From a virus (taxonomy: Duplodnaviria > Caudoviricetes), in the IMG/VR virus record IMGVR_UViG_3300042381_000848, positions 1,023-65,022 of that record: a stretch of DNA of 64,000 nucleotides. One strand, given 5' to 3'. Position numbers and translations under genes: made by a program. The notes beneath the pieces were generated by a model. The model ran no database searches. It saw only the letters and a program-made list of their open reading frames with translations, and was not told where the DNA came from. This document shows positions 9,882 through 19,372 of this stretch, piece after piece. Position 1 is the stretch's first letter; every line of letters starts with the position of its first letter.

Positions 9882-9930
9882 CGGTTAATCCTATTTTTCT
9901 TTTATAAATATAAATATCATATCAATTAAA

Positions 9931-11955
9931 TCATCGCGCGTATTTTAATACTCCTAGTATTTGATTGACAGGTGCGAATGCTCCGGTTAGCTTATAAGTA
10001 TTGCCGCCGTAAACAAATACTACTCCTTCTGATGGAACAATTGCTTCAAAGCCGCCTAATCGTTGTATACGCTTTAATTCATGTTCTAATTTCTTGATAC
10101 TGTTAATATCATTAGTTGTTTGCAATTCTCTAATTAGTTCTGATAAATCTCGTTTTAATTCTTGAACTGATTTAGATGGGTTTGCTGCTAAAAAGTTTTG
10201 AGCATTTTGTAATACGACTGCACCTAAGCGTAAAAATATGCTTTCAAATGGTTCCAAATTTTGTTTGTAATACGTTTTAAAATCTTTTTTATCAAATTCA
10301 GTTACCCAATTTGCAAAGTCCGGATTATCAATTAGTTTTTTAACTGCCACAATACTTGTTGATTTATCAAAGAATGCCCATCGATTAATTAATAAAGACA
10401 ATAGGTTATCCGGAATTTCATATCCGACTGCTTGAGCTTTTTCTCGTATTACATCCGCCCACCACGCCTTATGATAATCAGAAACTAAATCTGTATCTTT
10501 TAAATTATAACGATCTTTAAGTTGATCAACTTCATTAAAGAATGCAGCTTGTTGATCTTCAAAATTTTCTAATCTTCCTATTTTAATACGTTGAGGTGGA
10601 ATAAAAGAAAATGTTTTTTGTAAATGAGCATTAGCATCTTGTATAATGCTTTGCAATACTCCACCGCCTGTTAAATCAGTTTCAACTGTATTACCTGTTT
10701 CATCATATTCAACTAAATTGTGAAATTGTAATACAGCTACGTCATATGAAATAACATTTTTAGTTGCTGGATAAATAATTTCCATGTTAGCAAATACTCG
10801 TCCGTTTTTAAAAATTCCATTTAATATTTGTGGATTAACACGCGTAAATGCTTCAGCTAAATCTTCTGCAGCATTTCCAAATGCATCTGATATAGGACCT
10901 CTACCTCCAAATTTATCTTGTATTTCTTGTACTGACATTGGATTAATTACAGTACCTTTATTTCTAGCAAATCCAATTTGACCATCTTTAAATGTTACTT
11001 GAATATTTTGACCATCAGTTTTTTCTGTTACTGCTGCTTCTATATCTAAACGACCACCTAACGATCTAGCAATAATTTCTTTGACATCACCGAATGACAA
11101 TGAATGATCATCATATGGATGTGCCATATGTCCTGCCGCTCCACCTTCTTTAATTATTTGAATTGCTTCAGTTAAAGGAACGCCGGCAACTGTTTTTTCA
11201 AAATCGGCAAAATCATATACAAATGGACGTCCGAAACTTGAATCTAAAAACTTTTTTAATTTAGCAATTTTATGTTTATGTTTTTCTGCCGTTTTAGGAT
11301 CCATATATCCTTCAATCAATTCGGCAATATCTTCTTGTAAATTTTTAGTCCACCATTCTTTTGAAAATACTGACTCTTGTAAACCCGTTAAAATTTGCCA
11401 TGCATTTTTTATGTCAGCTTCATCATGATTTGGATATGACTTTCGAAACGCGGTATAATCGTTTTTCATTAAATTTAATCGAACTGTGGATGCTGATATT
11501 GGTTGTCCGGTAAGTAGTGTTAATGGTTCTACATTGATATTTAGTTCGGTAGCATCTACACCTGCAGGAATTGTACGTCCTTTCTTGTCACCTATAGTTT
11601 TATATTTATCTACATTAGGAACAAACGTTTTTGCTCGTACATAATCATCGCCTTTAGATGAAGCAGCCATGGCAAATCGACCTTGTGTATCTTCCGGCAA
11701 GTTAAACAAATATTCGTATGCTGCTGTAATAGGAGAATTAAATTCCGTAGGTTGGATTATGATATTTGGATTGCGATTAATTAGATTGAACATTTCAATT
11801 GTTTTTTCCCTAGTAATACCATCTCGTGGCATTGGACCAATTAAAAGAATTACTTTGTCAGTATCAGGGTGTTCCGCATAACGTTCTGCTAATGCCAAAT
11901 GCGCGCCCGTTAATGGTTTAAATCCTCCCGGGAATAACGTTGTTATTTTATTCAT
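9931..11955 (-). CDS. Two-domain nucleotidyltransferase: cytidylyltransferase-like (HUP) N-terminus plus KxDG ligase-type C-terminus
   Basis: FPGGFKPLTGAH and ISASTVR; GHMAHPYD, TEKTDGQN, EGVVF...YKLTG. Confidence 0.65.
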   Translation of the reverse strand: MNKITTLFPGGFKPLTGAHLALAERYAEHPDTDKVILLIGPMPRDGITREKTIEMFNLINRNPNIIIQPTEFNSPITAAYEYLFNLPEDTQGRFAMAASSKGDDYVRAKTFVPNVDKYKTIGDKKGRTIPAGVDATELNINVEPLTLLTGQPISASTVRLNLMKNDYTAFRKSYPNHDEADIKNAWQILTGLQESVFSKEWWTKNLQEDIAELIEGYMDPKTAEKHKHKIAKLKKFLDSSFGRPFVYDFADFEKTVAGVPLTEAIQIIKEGGAAGHMAHPYDDHSLSFGDVKEIIARSLGGRLDIEAAVTEKTDGQNIQVTFKDGQIGFARNKGTVINPMSVQEIQDKFGGRGPISDAFGNAAEDLAEAFTRVNPQILNGIFKNGRVFANMEIIYPATKNVISYDVAVLQFHNLVEYDETGNTVETDLTGGGVLQSIIQDANAHLQKTFSFIPPQRIKIGRLENFEDQQAAFFNEVDQLKDRYNLKDTDLVSDYHKAWWADVIREKAQAVGYEIPDNLLSLLINRWAFFDKSTSIVAVKKLIDNPDFANWVTEFDKKDFKTYYKQNLEPFESIFLRLGAVVLQNAQNFLAANPSKSVQELKRDLSELIRELQTTNDINSIKKLEHELKRIQRLGGFEAIVPSEGVVFVYGGNTYKLTGAFAPVNQILGVLKYAR

Positions 11956-11978
11956 TTATTTTCTTTTATATAAATATG

Positions 11979-14579
11979 TTATGATATAGTACCTAATGTT
12001 CTAGCTGTTTCTACGGTAAAATCTCCTATCGTTGCAGTAACACCAGATGACGAAACTGCTACTTGAATTTTTACAAATTGGCCATTTTCAAAGTTTGTAG
12101 CAAAGCTCCCGGATAATTGGGCTTTTGCGTTTAATCCAGCTGTAAATGACGGATTTGCAGTTGTAAATGTTTGCGATAGTGCGTAATCATATGCAGTATA
12201 TGTATTGAACCCAGTAATTCCAGCAATGCCTATATACGTTTTAATTGTTCCAGGACCACCGGAAATTCTGAATGATCCTAACACTTGTATTACAGTTTCG
12301 CCAGGTCTTAAATATGTAACAAATGCAGAGCCAACATTTGTTAATACACCGCTAGTATTCCATGAACCTATTTCGTTATGTAAATGCCTTCCTAAATTTT
12401 TACCATCAGCAAATCCGGTGGATGTATTTAACATTGTTATTCCACCACTGATCGCAGTAAATGCAGATGCTGTTACTGATCCGTTTGAATTTAAAACAAA
12501 TCCACTTGAAGAAATTTCTAAATTTCCATTACTGCCGCTGATAAATGTAGTATCAGGATCACCGAAAAAGAAATTTTTAGTTGCAATATAAATTTCATCA
12601 TCTGCTGTTGAATATCTAAAATAACTGGAAGTATTCAAATAAAGTTCCAATCCAACGCCACTGTATGGAACTCCGCCTTTTGTATTTTGTCCTTGCAATG
12701 CAGAACCACTCCATAATAAAAATCCTGGGAATCCTGAATCAAATCCTTCATAACCTAATGATCTAACAAAACCAGAATTTGAATATCCACTTATTGCAAT
12801 ACCTGATTCTAGAGAGTCTGCAACATACAATGATCCGGTGAGCATTGAATAATCACCATCAATATATCTATTACCGCCTTTCCAAGTATTATCATAAAGA
12901 TATGAGGTTTGTTTGCTAACAACTCCATCAACATTATAATATTCTACTTTAAATGAAATTTGATTGTTTGCCTTATGGGGTGTTTCTATAATAGATCGGA
13001 TTCTAGTATAATTAGGAGAATATCCAGCATCATTATCCGTAGTTGTTCGTACATCGGCAATTTGCCATTGTCCTGCCTCTACTACAAATAGCAATGCTGC
13101 AGTACCATCATAATTGCTTTCAAAATTAAATACAACGTCATCAAATCGTTGTGAATCTGAAGTTACTTCTAATTCGCCAATGCGTTTACCTAATGTTCTT
13201 GGTAGTTCTTGATTGAAATAATCTGTAGGATCAAATGCTACAGCACTTCCAGAAATATAAACTGCTAAGCGCGGATTAAGTCCTGATGTGTCTCGTGTTC
13301 CTAATGCATCAATTGTAACTTTATATGATGATGTTGCAATAAATACGCCGTTATATGCAGATTTATTTTGTACTACTAATACTGCATTTCTTGCGGAAAT
13401 ATCAGTTACACTAGTAATATTCATTGCATTATTCAATGATGATGTCAACCATGCAAGTGTCGGAGGTGTTCCTGTTGTTCTACCAGTATAAGTAAATCCG
13501 TCCCAATATGTATCAATAATACTTTGCGATGTAAATATACCAATGCCTTGATCGGGAAACAATGATGCCGTGCTAGTTACAAATATTTCTGTTTCTTCAA
13601 GTTCAACATCATTAACTAATTCCCACGTGCCAACTGTACCTTTATTGTTCGTATATACTTTAATACGAGATACATCACCGGTTGCTGGCTCTAATCCGTT
13701 AATTTGCAGTAACGCAAATGATTGTGAATTTTCTGTTGCAACATATGTCGGTGTTGCTTCATATGTTAATGAAAATGAAGAAGCGGCAAATTCCGTATAA
13801 GTATGAGGAAAAATACTTTGGCTACTATAAACCGTATACTCTTCGTCTAACAAAGCAGTAGTGTCAGATAATATCTTTTTTATTGTACTAGTATAAGGTG
13901 CGGAGACCACTGCATAATTAGGAGTAGGAGTTGGATTCTGTGGAGATGAAACTGTAATTGTTCCTGTTTTCATATCTCCCGTAAATTTACCTCCCACCAG
14001 TTCTACTGCAGGTGTTCCGTTAAGTGAAAAATAACGTACTGCCCCCGTTGTATAAGTAGGAAATTGTTGACTGCTTGAATATATTCTATCAAGTTGCACA
14101 CCTACTTGTTCTGAAACTGTAACTTGTGGTAATTTTGAAAATATAATTTCAGAAACATTTGATACATTTGGATTAACCGGTACGGTTCTTGACCATCTAA
14201 TATTAGGTCGACCTTGCCATTGTGTTGGAACGGTTTGACCATTTATAACTTGTGCTTCAGCTACTAGTGTTATTGTGCAATCACCTGGTGATGATTCTGA
14301 ATAAACGTAAATTGCAATTACACGAGATTTGTCTTCGTCAATATAATCTATAACTTCCGTATAAACCGGATCGCCATTATAATCTAATACTTCAATATTC
14401 AATACGCCGCCAACACGTAAATTTGTAGGATGACCTCGAAGTTTAAATAAATTTTTACCAGCAGTTAATCTAGTAGGAAATTCAGTTATTTGAAAATAGT
14501 CCGGTGATGTTAATGATGTATCTTGAAAATAAACCGGAATGTATTCTAAACCTTTATATACAGCTTCTTTGCGTTTCAT
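11979..14579 (-). CDS. Putative tail fibre/virion structural protein
   Basis: 866 aa, Ser/Thr/Gly-rich and beta-like, late motif upstream. Confidence 0.55.
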   Translation of the reverse strand: MKRKEAVYKGLEYIPVYFQDTSLTSPDYFQITEFPTRLTAGKNLFKLRGHPTNLRVGGVLNIEVLDYNGDPVYTEVIDYIDEDKSRVIAIYVYSESSPGDCTITLVAEAQVINGQTVPTQWQGRPNIRWSRTVPVNPNVSNVSEIIFSKLPQVTVSEQVGVQLDRIYSSSQQFPTYTTGAVRYFSLNGTPAVELVGGKFTGDMKTGTITVSSPQNPTPTPNYAVVSAPYTSTIKKILSDTTALLDEEYTVYSSQSIFPHTYTEFAASSFSLTYEATPTYVATENSQSFALLQINGLEPATGDVSRIKVYTNNKGTVGTWELVNDVELEETEIFVTSTASLFPDQGIGIFTSQSIIDTYWDGFTYTGRTTGTPPTLAWLTSSLNNAMNITSVTDISARNAVLVVQNKSAYNGVFIATSSYKVTIDALGTRDTSGLNPRLAVYISGSAVAFDPTDYFNQELPRTLGKRIGELEVTSDSQRFDDVVFNFESNYDGTAALLFVVEAGQWQIADVRTTTDNDAGYSPNYTRIRSIIETPHKANNQISFKVEYYNVDGVVSKQTSYLYDNTWKGGNRYIDGDYSMLTGSLYVADSLESGIAISGYSNSGFVRSLGYEGFDSGFPGFLLWSGSALQGQNTKGGVPYSGVGLELYLNTSSYFRYSTADDEIYIATKNFFFGDPDTTFISGSNGNLEISSSGFVLNSNGSVTASAFTAISGGITMLNTSTGFADGKNLGRHLHNEIGSWNTSGVLTNVGSAFVTYLRPGETVIQVLGSFRISGGPGTIKTYIGIAGITGFNTYTAYDYALSQTFTTANPSFTAGLNAKAQLSGSFATNFENGQFVKIQVAVSSSGVTATIGDFTVETARTLGTIS

Positions 14580-14605
14580 TGCGTTTGATATCTTTTATAT
14601 AAATA

Positions 14606-17600
14606 TCAAACATGATTAATCTTGCTGTATCCTTGTAATTTATTTACTTCAATTAAATTGTCAACCATATCGCGCATTGAATCAACGTGTGAAATGATTA
14701 TAGAAAAATCAAATTTGGTACGAAAATAATCAAATAGATTTACTACTGATGAAATATGTTCTGAATCTAAACTTCCCCAGCCCTCATCGATTGCTATAAA
14801 ATTAGGACGTGGTAATGCAGACACATTGATAAGTGCTATGCGGATTGCTAAACTAGAAATAAAACGTTCCATGCCCGATGTTAATTCTAATGGCCAAAAA
14901 TTTTCTTCATCATAAATAATGTAACCATTAATATTTTTACCATCGGTATTCATTACCATGTTAAAATTTACAATTTGATTGAGTACATTGTTTATTTCAG
15001 CTTCTATTTTAGGAAGAGCTTTTGTAATTAATTCATATGGAATGCCATCTCGTTTAACTGATTCTAAATAATAACCATATGCTTTATATTCTGTTTCAAG
15101 TTGTTGATAACGTTCTAGTTGTTCTAATGCCGTTGCTTTTTGCGTTTTTGCTACTTCAATTGCCCCGTAATTATTTTTAATTTGAGTCTGAATTGTTTTG
15201 ATTTGTTCTGATATATTTGCAATTTGCTTTTTGCAAGATTCAATTTCACCATCAATGGTTTGATTGTGTTTAATTGCTGTTTCATTTTGACGAAATGATT
15301 CTTGTCGTTCAACCGTTGTTTCTAATTCAGATTCACGTGTTTGCAAATCACTTTCTAAGATTTGAAGTTGCAATTCATTGCGTTCTTTTGTAATTGACTT
15401 TGTTGCAATAGTATTACGTAACGCGTTAAGTTGTTCTGTTTGTTCAAATACTGGTTTTAATATTTCCAATTCATTGTTTAACATTACAATTTTTTCTTTT
15501 AAAGAATCTAATACGTTTCTATCTTGGTCAATTGTATTTTGAGCTTCGATTGCATTTTGTACGAAAACGTTAGATGTACAGTATTGACATTGCGGATCAT
15601 ATTCATGGTCGGCAAGGTGATTAATTTTTTCTTGTTTTGCATTTACTATTTCCTGTTGTTGGCGTAATTTTTGTAAAAGTGTATTGACTGAATGTTCTTT
15701 TGCAGAATATTGTTTCGTTTGTTCTGTTATAGTTGGTATGTCAAATTGAGCTAACGTTGATTTATGTTCGCTGATAGTTGCAATCAAAGATTCTAAATCA
15801 AATTCCGCAGTTTCAATGTCTGTTTGAATTGATTCAATATGTTCAATCAATGTTGCTTCTTGTTTTTTTAATTCTTCAATATCCGGGCCATTATAAGATG
15901 TTGGCAATTTTGTTTCAATAAATGTAACAATTTGTTCTTGAAGTGTATTACGTAGATCTTGCAATACATCTTCTTCGGTTTCCAATGCCGTAATTGTTTC
16001 TTGGTTGTCAGTAATGATGTTATCAGAATTAATAATAATTTCAGCAAAATCCGTTTTCTTGTAATCTTTTAAACGACCTGCAGTTTCTTTTATTTCATCT
16101 GCTGCAAGTTGATAAAGTTGTTCAAATACCGTAATATCTAAAAATTGTGAAAGCAAATCTTTGCGTTCTTTTTGAGACTTTTCAATAAAGTTATTGTTAT
16201 CTGCTTGAAGTGAAAATGCCGTTAAAATAAAATCATCATATGTGCCTAGGTAGCGACGTATACTTTTATTTGTATCACTTCGCTCTTCTCCGTTTAAATT
16301 TTCTGACTCTGTATAAAAATCAACATCAACTTTAACGTGTGTCTCTTTCTTTTTATTTTGAGTACCTCGACGTTCAATTGTATATATGATTCCATTCATT
16401 TCAAATTTGAATAAGCCTCGGAACCATGTTTTTTTGTTGTTTAAAATTTCATTTGCTTTGCCTGTTTTGCTACACTTATCAAATATAGTATAAGTTATTG
16501 CATCAAGCAAGCTTGACTTACCAGTAGTATTTGCTGCAAATAATCCGCAGACATCGGATAGATTTTCAAAATTTAATGTGTTGCCTTCGCCATATGAAAA
16601 CATGTTATCAAATTCAAATGATATAGGATGCCATGTCGTATGGCGAATTGATTCAACTGCAGGTAGCTTAGAATTAATTGTGCGATTAATATGTCTAATT
16701 GCATCTACTTCTTCTGCTGTTGCTTGAGGAAAATGAGAATCAATATGATCTGATAACAATGTATTTTGATATTCTACGTCTCTAACATTGCCAATTGCCA
16801 AACTAGATGATGCCGAAGTTGATGCATGATCAATTGTACGTTGAATTGTTATGTCTTGTACATTGTACTTTTTACGTATTGTTGCAATTAGTTTTTTCAT
16901 TCCTGCTGCACTAGTACCATTAAATTTGATTCTGATGCGAGGTTTATTTGGCATACGGTGTGGATGTGTAACTACTTTATCTCCTTGAGTTTCTAAAGTA
17001 ACATAACCGTAGTCATTTTCAATTTGTGCAAATTCAGCACTTCGATTAGCAACATCCCATACAAGTATTCCATGGTCTAATGCTTCTCCGTGATTTTGTT
17101 GAATAAGCGATCCGGGATATGCAATTGTACGAGCATCATCTAAAAATTGTGCTGGTTTATGAATATCTCCTAGCAATGTAATATCATGTCCTGCAAATAA
17201 TTCTGTAGTAACATGTTCATTTGATATTTGATAACCTATATCAGTCTTAGCCGTATTAACAGCACCATGATGCATTGCTATTTTATATGTAGCATCAAAT
17301 TGATTGGCTCGAATATAATCTGCAGGTGTTTTATCAACAGCCATATGATTCCAAACACATCCGCCTAATTCAAAAAGTCCGTTATCTTTTATAAAATGTA
17401 TATTGTGATTTTGAATAACATCAAGTACTGGACTAACAGCATCTACCCGGTGCATATTGTTTAGATTCATGTCATGGTTACCTAAAATAACAACGGTAGG
17501 TATTTTGAATCCATTAAAGAAATCAACTAGCATTTGAACTAGTTCTGGTGACATATCCAATTTGCTATGAACAATATCGCCTGTTACGACTGCAACACTA

Positions 17601-17752
17601 TTTCCTGTACAATGTGTTTCTATGTAGTTAAACAAATTTTCAAATACTTGTCGGTATTCGGTATGTCGTTTAAGAGTTCGAATGTGTATATCTGAAACAT
17701 GAAATATTTTATCAATAGTTTCAATTCCAATGTCTATTTTTTTTATGTCCAT
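14606..17752 (-). CDS. Fused Mre11/SbcD nuclease and Rad50/SbcC ATPase (T4 gp47-gp46-like)
   Basis: SDIH, GDIVH, GNHD, GDIH phosphoesterase motifs; NTTGKSS Walker A, CQYC zinc hook, TSGME signature, IDEGWGSLD, ISH. Confidence 0.9.
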   Translation of the reverse strand: MDIKKIDIGIETIDKIFHVSDIHIRTLKRHTEYRQVFENLFNYIETHCTGNSVAVVTGDIVHSKLDMSPELVQMLVDFFNGFKIPTVVILGNHDMNLNNMHRVDAVSPVLDVIQNHNIHFIKDNGLFELGGCVWNHMAVDKTPADYIRANQFDATYKIAMHHGAVNTAKTDIGYQISNEHVTTELFAGHDITLLGDIHKPAQFLDDARTIAYPGSLIQQNHGEALDHGILVWDVANRSAEFAQIENDYGYVTLETQGDKVVTHPHRMPNKPRIRIKFNGTSAAGMKKLIATIRKKYNVQDITIQRTIDHASTSASSSLAIGNVRDVEYQNTLLSDHIDSHFPQATAEEVDAIRHINRTINSKLPAVESIRHTTWHPISFEFDNMFSYGEGNTLNFENLSDVCGLFAANTTGKSSLLDAITYTIFDKCSKTGKANEILNNKKTWFRGLFKFEMNGIIYTIERRGTQNKKKETHVKVDVDFYTESENLNGEERSDTNKSIRRYLGTYDDFILTAFSLQADNNNFIEKSQKERKDLLSQFLDITVFEQLYQLAADEIKETAGRLKDYKKTDFAEIIINSDNIITDNQETITALETEEDVLQDLRNTLQEQIVTFIETKLPTSYNGPDIEELKKQEATLIEHIESIQTDIETAEFDLESLIATISEHKSTLAQFDIPTITEQTKQYSAKEHSVNTLLQKLRQQQEIVNAKQEKINHLADHEYDPQCQYCTSNVFVQNAIEAQNTIDQDRNVLDSLKEKIVMLNNELEILKPVFEQTEQLNALRNTIATKSITKERNELQLQILESDLQTRESELETTVERQESFRQNETAIKHNQTIDGEIESCKKQIANISEQIKTIQTQIKNNYGAIEVAKTQKATALEQLERYQQLETEYKAYGYYLESVKRDGIPYELITKALPKIEAEINNVLNQIVNFNMVMNTDGKNINGYIIYDEENFWPLELTSGMERFISSLAIRIALINVSALPRPNFIAIDEGWGSLDSEHISSVVNLFDYFRTKFDFSIIISHVDSMRDMVDNLIEVNKLQGYSKINHV

Positions 17753-18687
17753 AATAATCCCATTCTAAGCTCCATTATTCGCTCAAAGGTTAAAATATCA
17801 GTATTTTCTAAAATTTCTGCAATCTGTTGAAATCCTAATTCCGATGCATCTGCATCTTGCAATTCAACAAAGTATACATTGAGACCTTCACCCATAAATT
17901 TTTCAGCTATTACTAATGCATTTTTCAAAGCATCTGAATCCAAACATATGTAAATGTCTTTAACGCGTTCTTCTATAATTTTTGTTTGTAGTGCAGGTTG
18001 AATTATTTTACCAAATAATGGAATTGCATTTCGTTTAACAGCAATTGCATCAAATGAACCTTCACATAATATGATCGGCTCAGACCAATTAATTAACATT
18101 TCAAATCCAATTATATCTTTTGAAATTTTTGGATTCTTGTGTTTAAATTTATCTGCCTTATAATAAGCTCGACTAACAAAATAATTTAATTGACCGTCTC
18201 GATCATAACTAGGAATAATTATTTTTCCGGAATATTCTCCAGATTCACAATATCCTATTCTGTATTTTAAAATATCAAAAACCGTTACACCTCTATTTGT
18301 TAAGTAGTGACTTGCATTGCGATAATCAGGTGTATTTTTTTTAATCCAAAGTGGTGCATATTCTGCAGGCAATTGAATTGTTTGATTGGTTTTGATTTCT
18401 TTGGTAGAAGTTCGATATCTACTAGATTCAATTATACGATTGAGTTGTTCTACACGTTCTTTAGGTAAATTCAATTGTCTGAATAACGTATGAATGCTTT
18501 TACCTTTTTTATCCGTAATCCAACAATGCCAAGTATAATTTCCGTTTTCATCCGGAGTAGAACGAATTTCTAATTTTGGTTTATGATGTGATGTAAATGG
18601 AGAAAAGAATGTAATATTACCACCAGATGTAGGTTTACCTTTACCTAATATAGATTCTAGTAATTGTAATAACTTAAGGTTCTCCAT
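17743..18687 (-). CDS. DNA primase (DnaG/TOPRIM type)
   Basis: YLTNRG, IIIP, CEGSFDA, CLDSDA motifs. Confidence 0.85.
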   Translation of the reverse strand: MENLKLLQLLESILGKGKPTSGGNITFFSPFTSHHKPKLEIRSTPDENGNYTWHCWITDKKGKSIHTLFRQLNLPKERVEQLNRIIESSRYRTSTKEIKTNQTIQLPAEYAPLWIKKNTPDYRNASHYLTNRGVTVFDILKYRIGYCESGEYSGKIIIPSYDRDGQLNYFVSRAYYKADKFKHKNPKISKDIIGFEMLINWSEPIILCEGSFDAIAVKRNAIPLFGKIIQPALQTKIIEERVKDIYICLDSDALKNALVIAEKFMGEGLNVYFVELQDADASELGFQQIAEILENTDILTFERIMELRMGLLWT

Positions 18688-18873
18688 ATTAATATAATAG
18701 TAAAATTATGTAATGATTCCAATTAATAATTAATATAATAATATTATATGTTTGACACATACATTACATTTCTGATCAAACGATCGAATCAATAAAGAAT
18801 GATTCAATCTATTAATAAAATAAATTTCATTAATATTTCAAGAATATATTAAAAATATTTTTAAAATCAAACC

Positions 18874-19356
18874 TTATTCAAAGAAACGTTTAACATTTAT
18901 TGGACTTTCACCGGATTTCACACATTCCGATAACCATTCTTCAGGAATATCTTTCTTAGCAACTTGATTAATTCCTAATTTTAATGCATATTCAGCATAT
19001 GTAGTTTTGCTAACTTTTGATAATCGTTGATTAGGATTTTGAAATACCATTCTTATATCGACACCAGGATTAGATGCTAGAACATGTTTCATTTTAGTAC
19101 GATCGGCAGTAGTCCAACGTCCTTTTGTTTCAACGAACATGAATTGACCATTACGTTTAGTAAATACAAAGTCCGGCGTATATTTTGCTTTACGCTCAGG
19201 TACTATATAATGTATGATTTCTGTTTCATATTTCAAATCATATGCAGTAGTTTTTATCCAATCTGCAACTGTATGTTCTAGTCCAGATTTATATCCGTAT
19301 TTAAGTGCCGTAGCTCGTTTTGAGTTGCCGGAGCTGTGAAAATGATTTTTTGCCAT
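18874..19356 (-). CDS. T7 endonuclease I-like Holliday junction resolvase
   Basis: YKSGLE...YTPDF...VETKGRW..ADRTK...DIRMVFQ. Confidence 0.85.
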   Translation of the reverse strand: MAKNHFHSSGNSKRATALKYGYKSGLEHTVADWIKTTAYDLKYETEIIHYIVPERKAKYTPDFVFTKRNGQFMFVETKGRWTTADRTKMKHVLASNPGVDIRMVFQNPNQRLSKVSKTTYAEYALKLGINQVAKKDIPEEWLSECVKSGESPINVKRFFE

Positions 19357-19372
19357 AACTTGTTATTAATTT

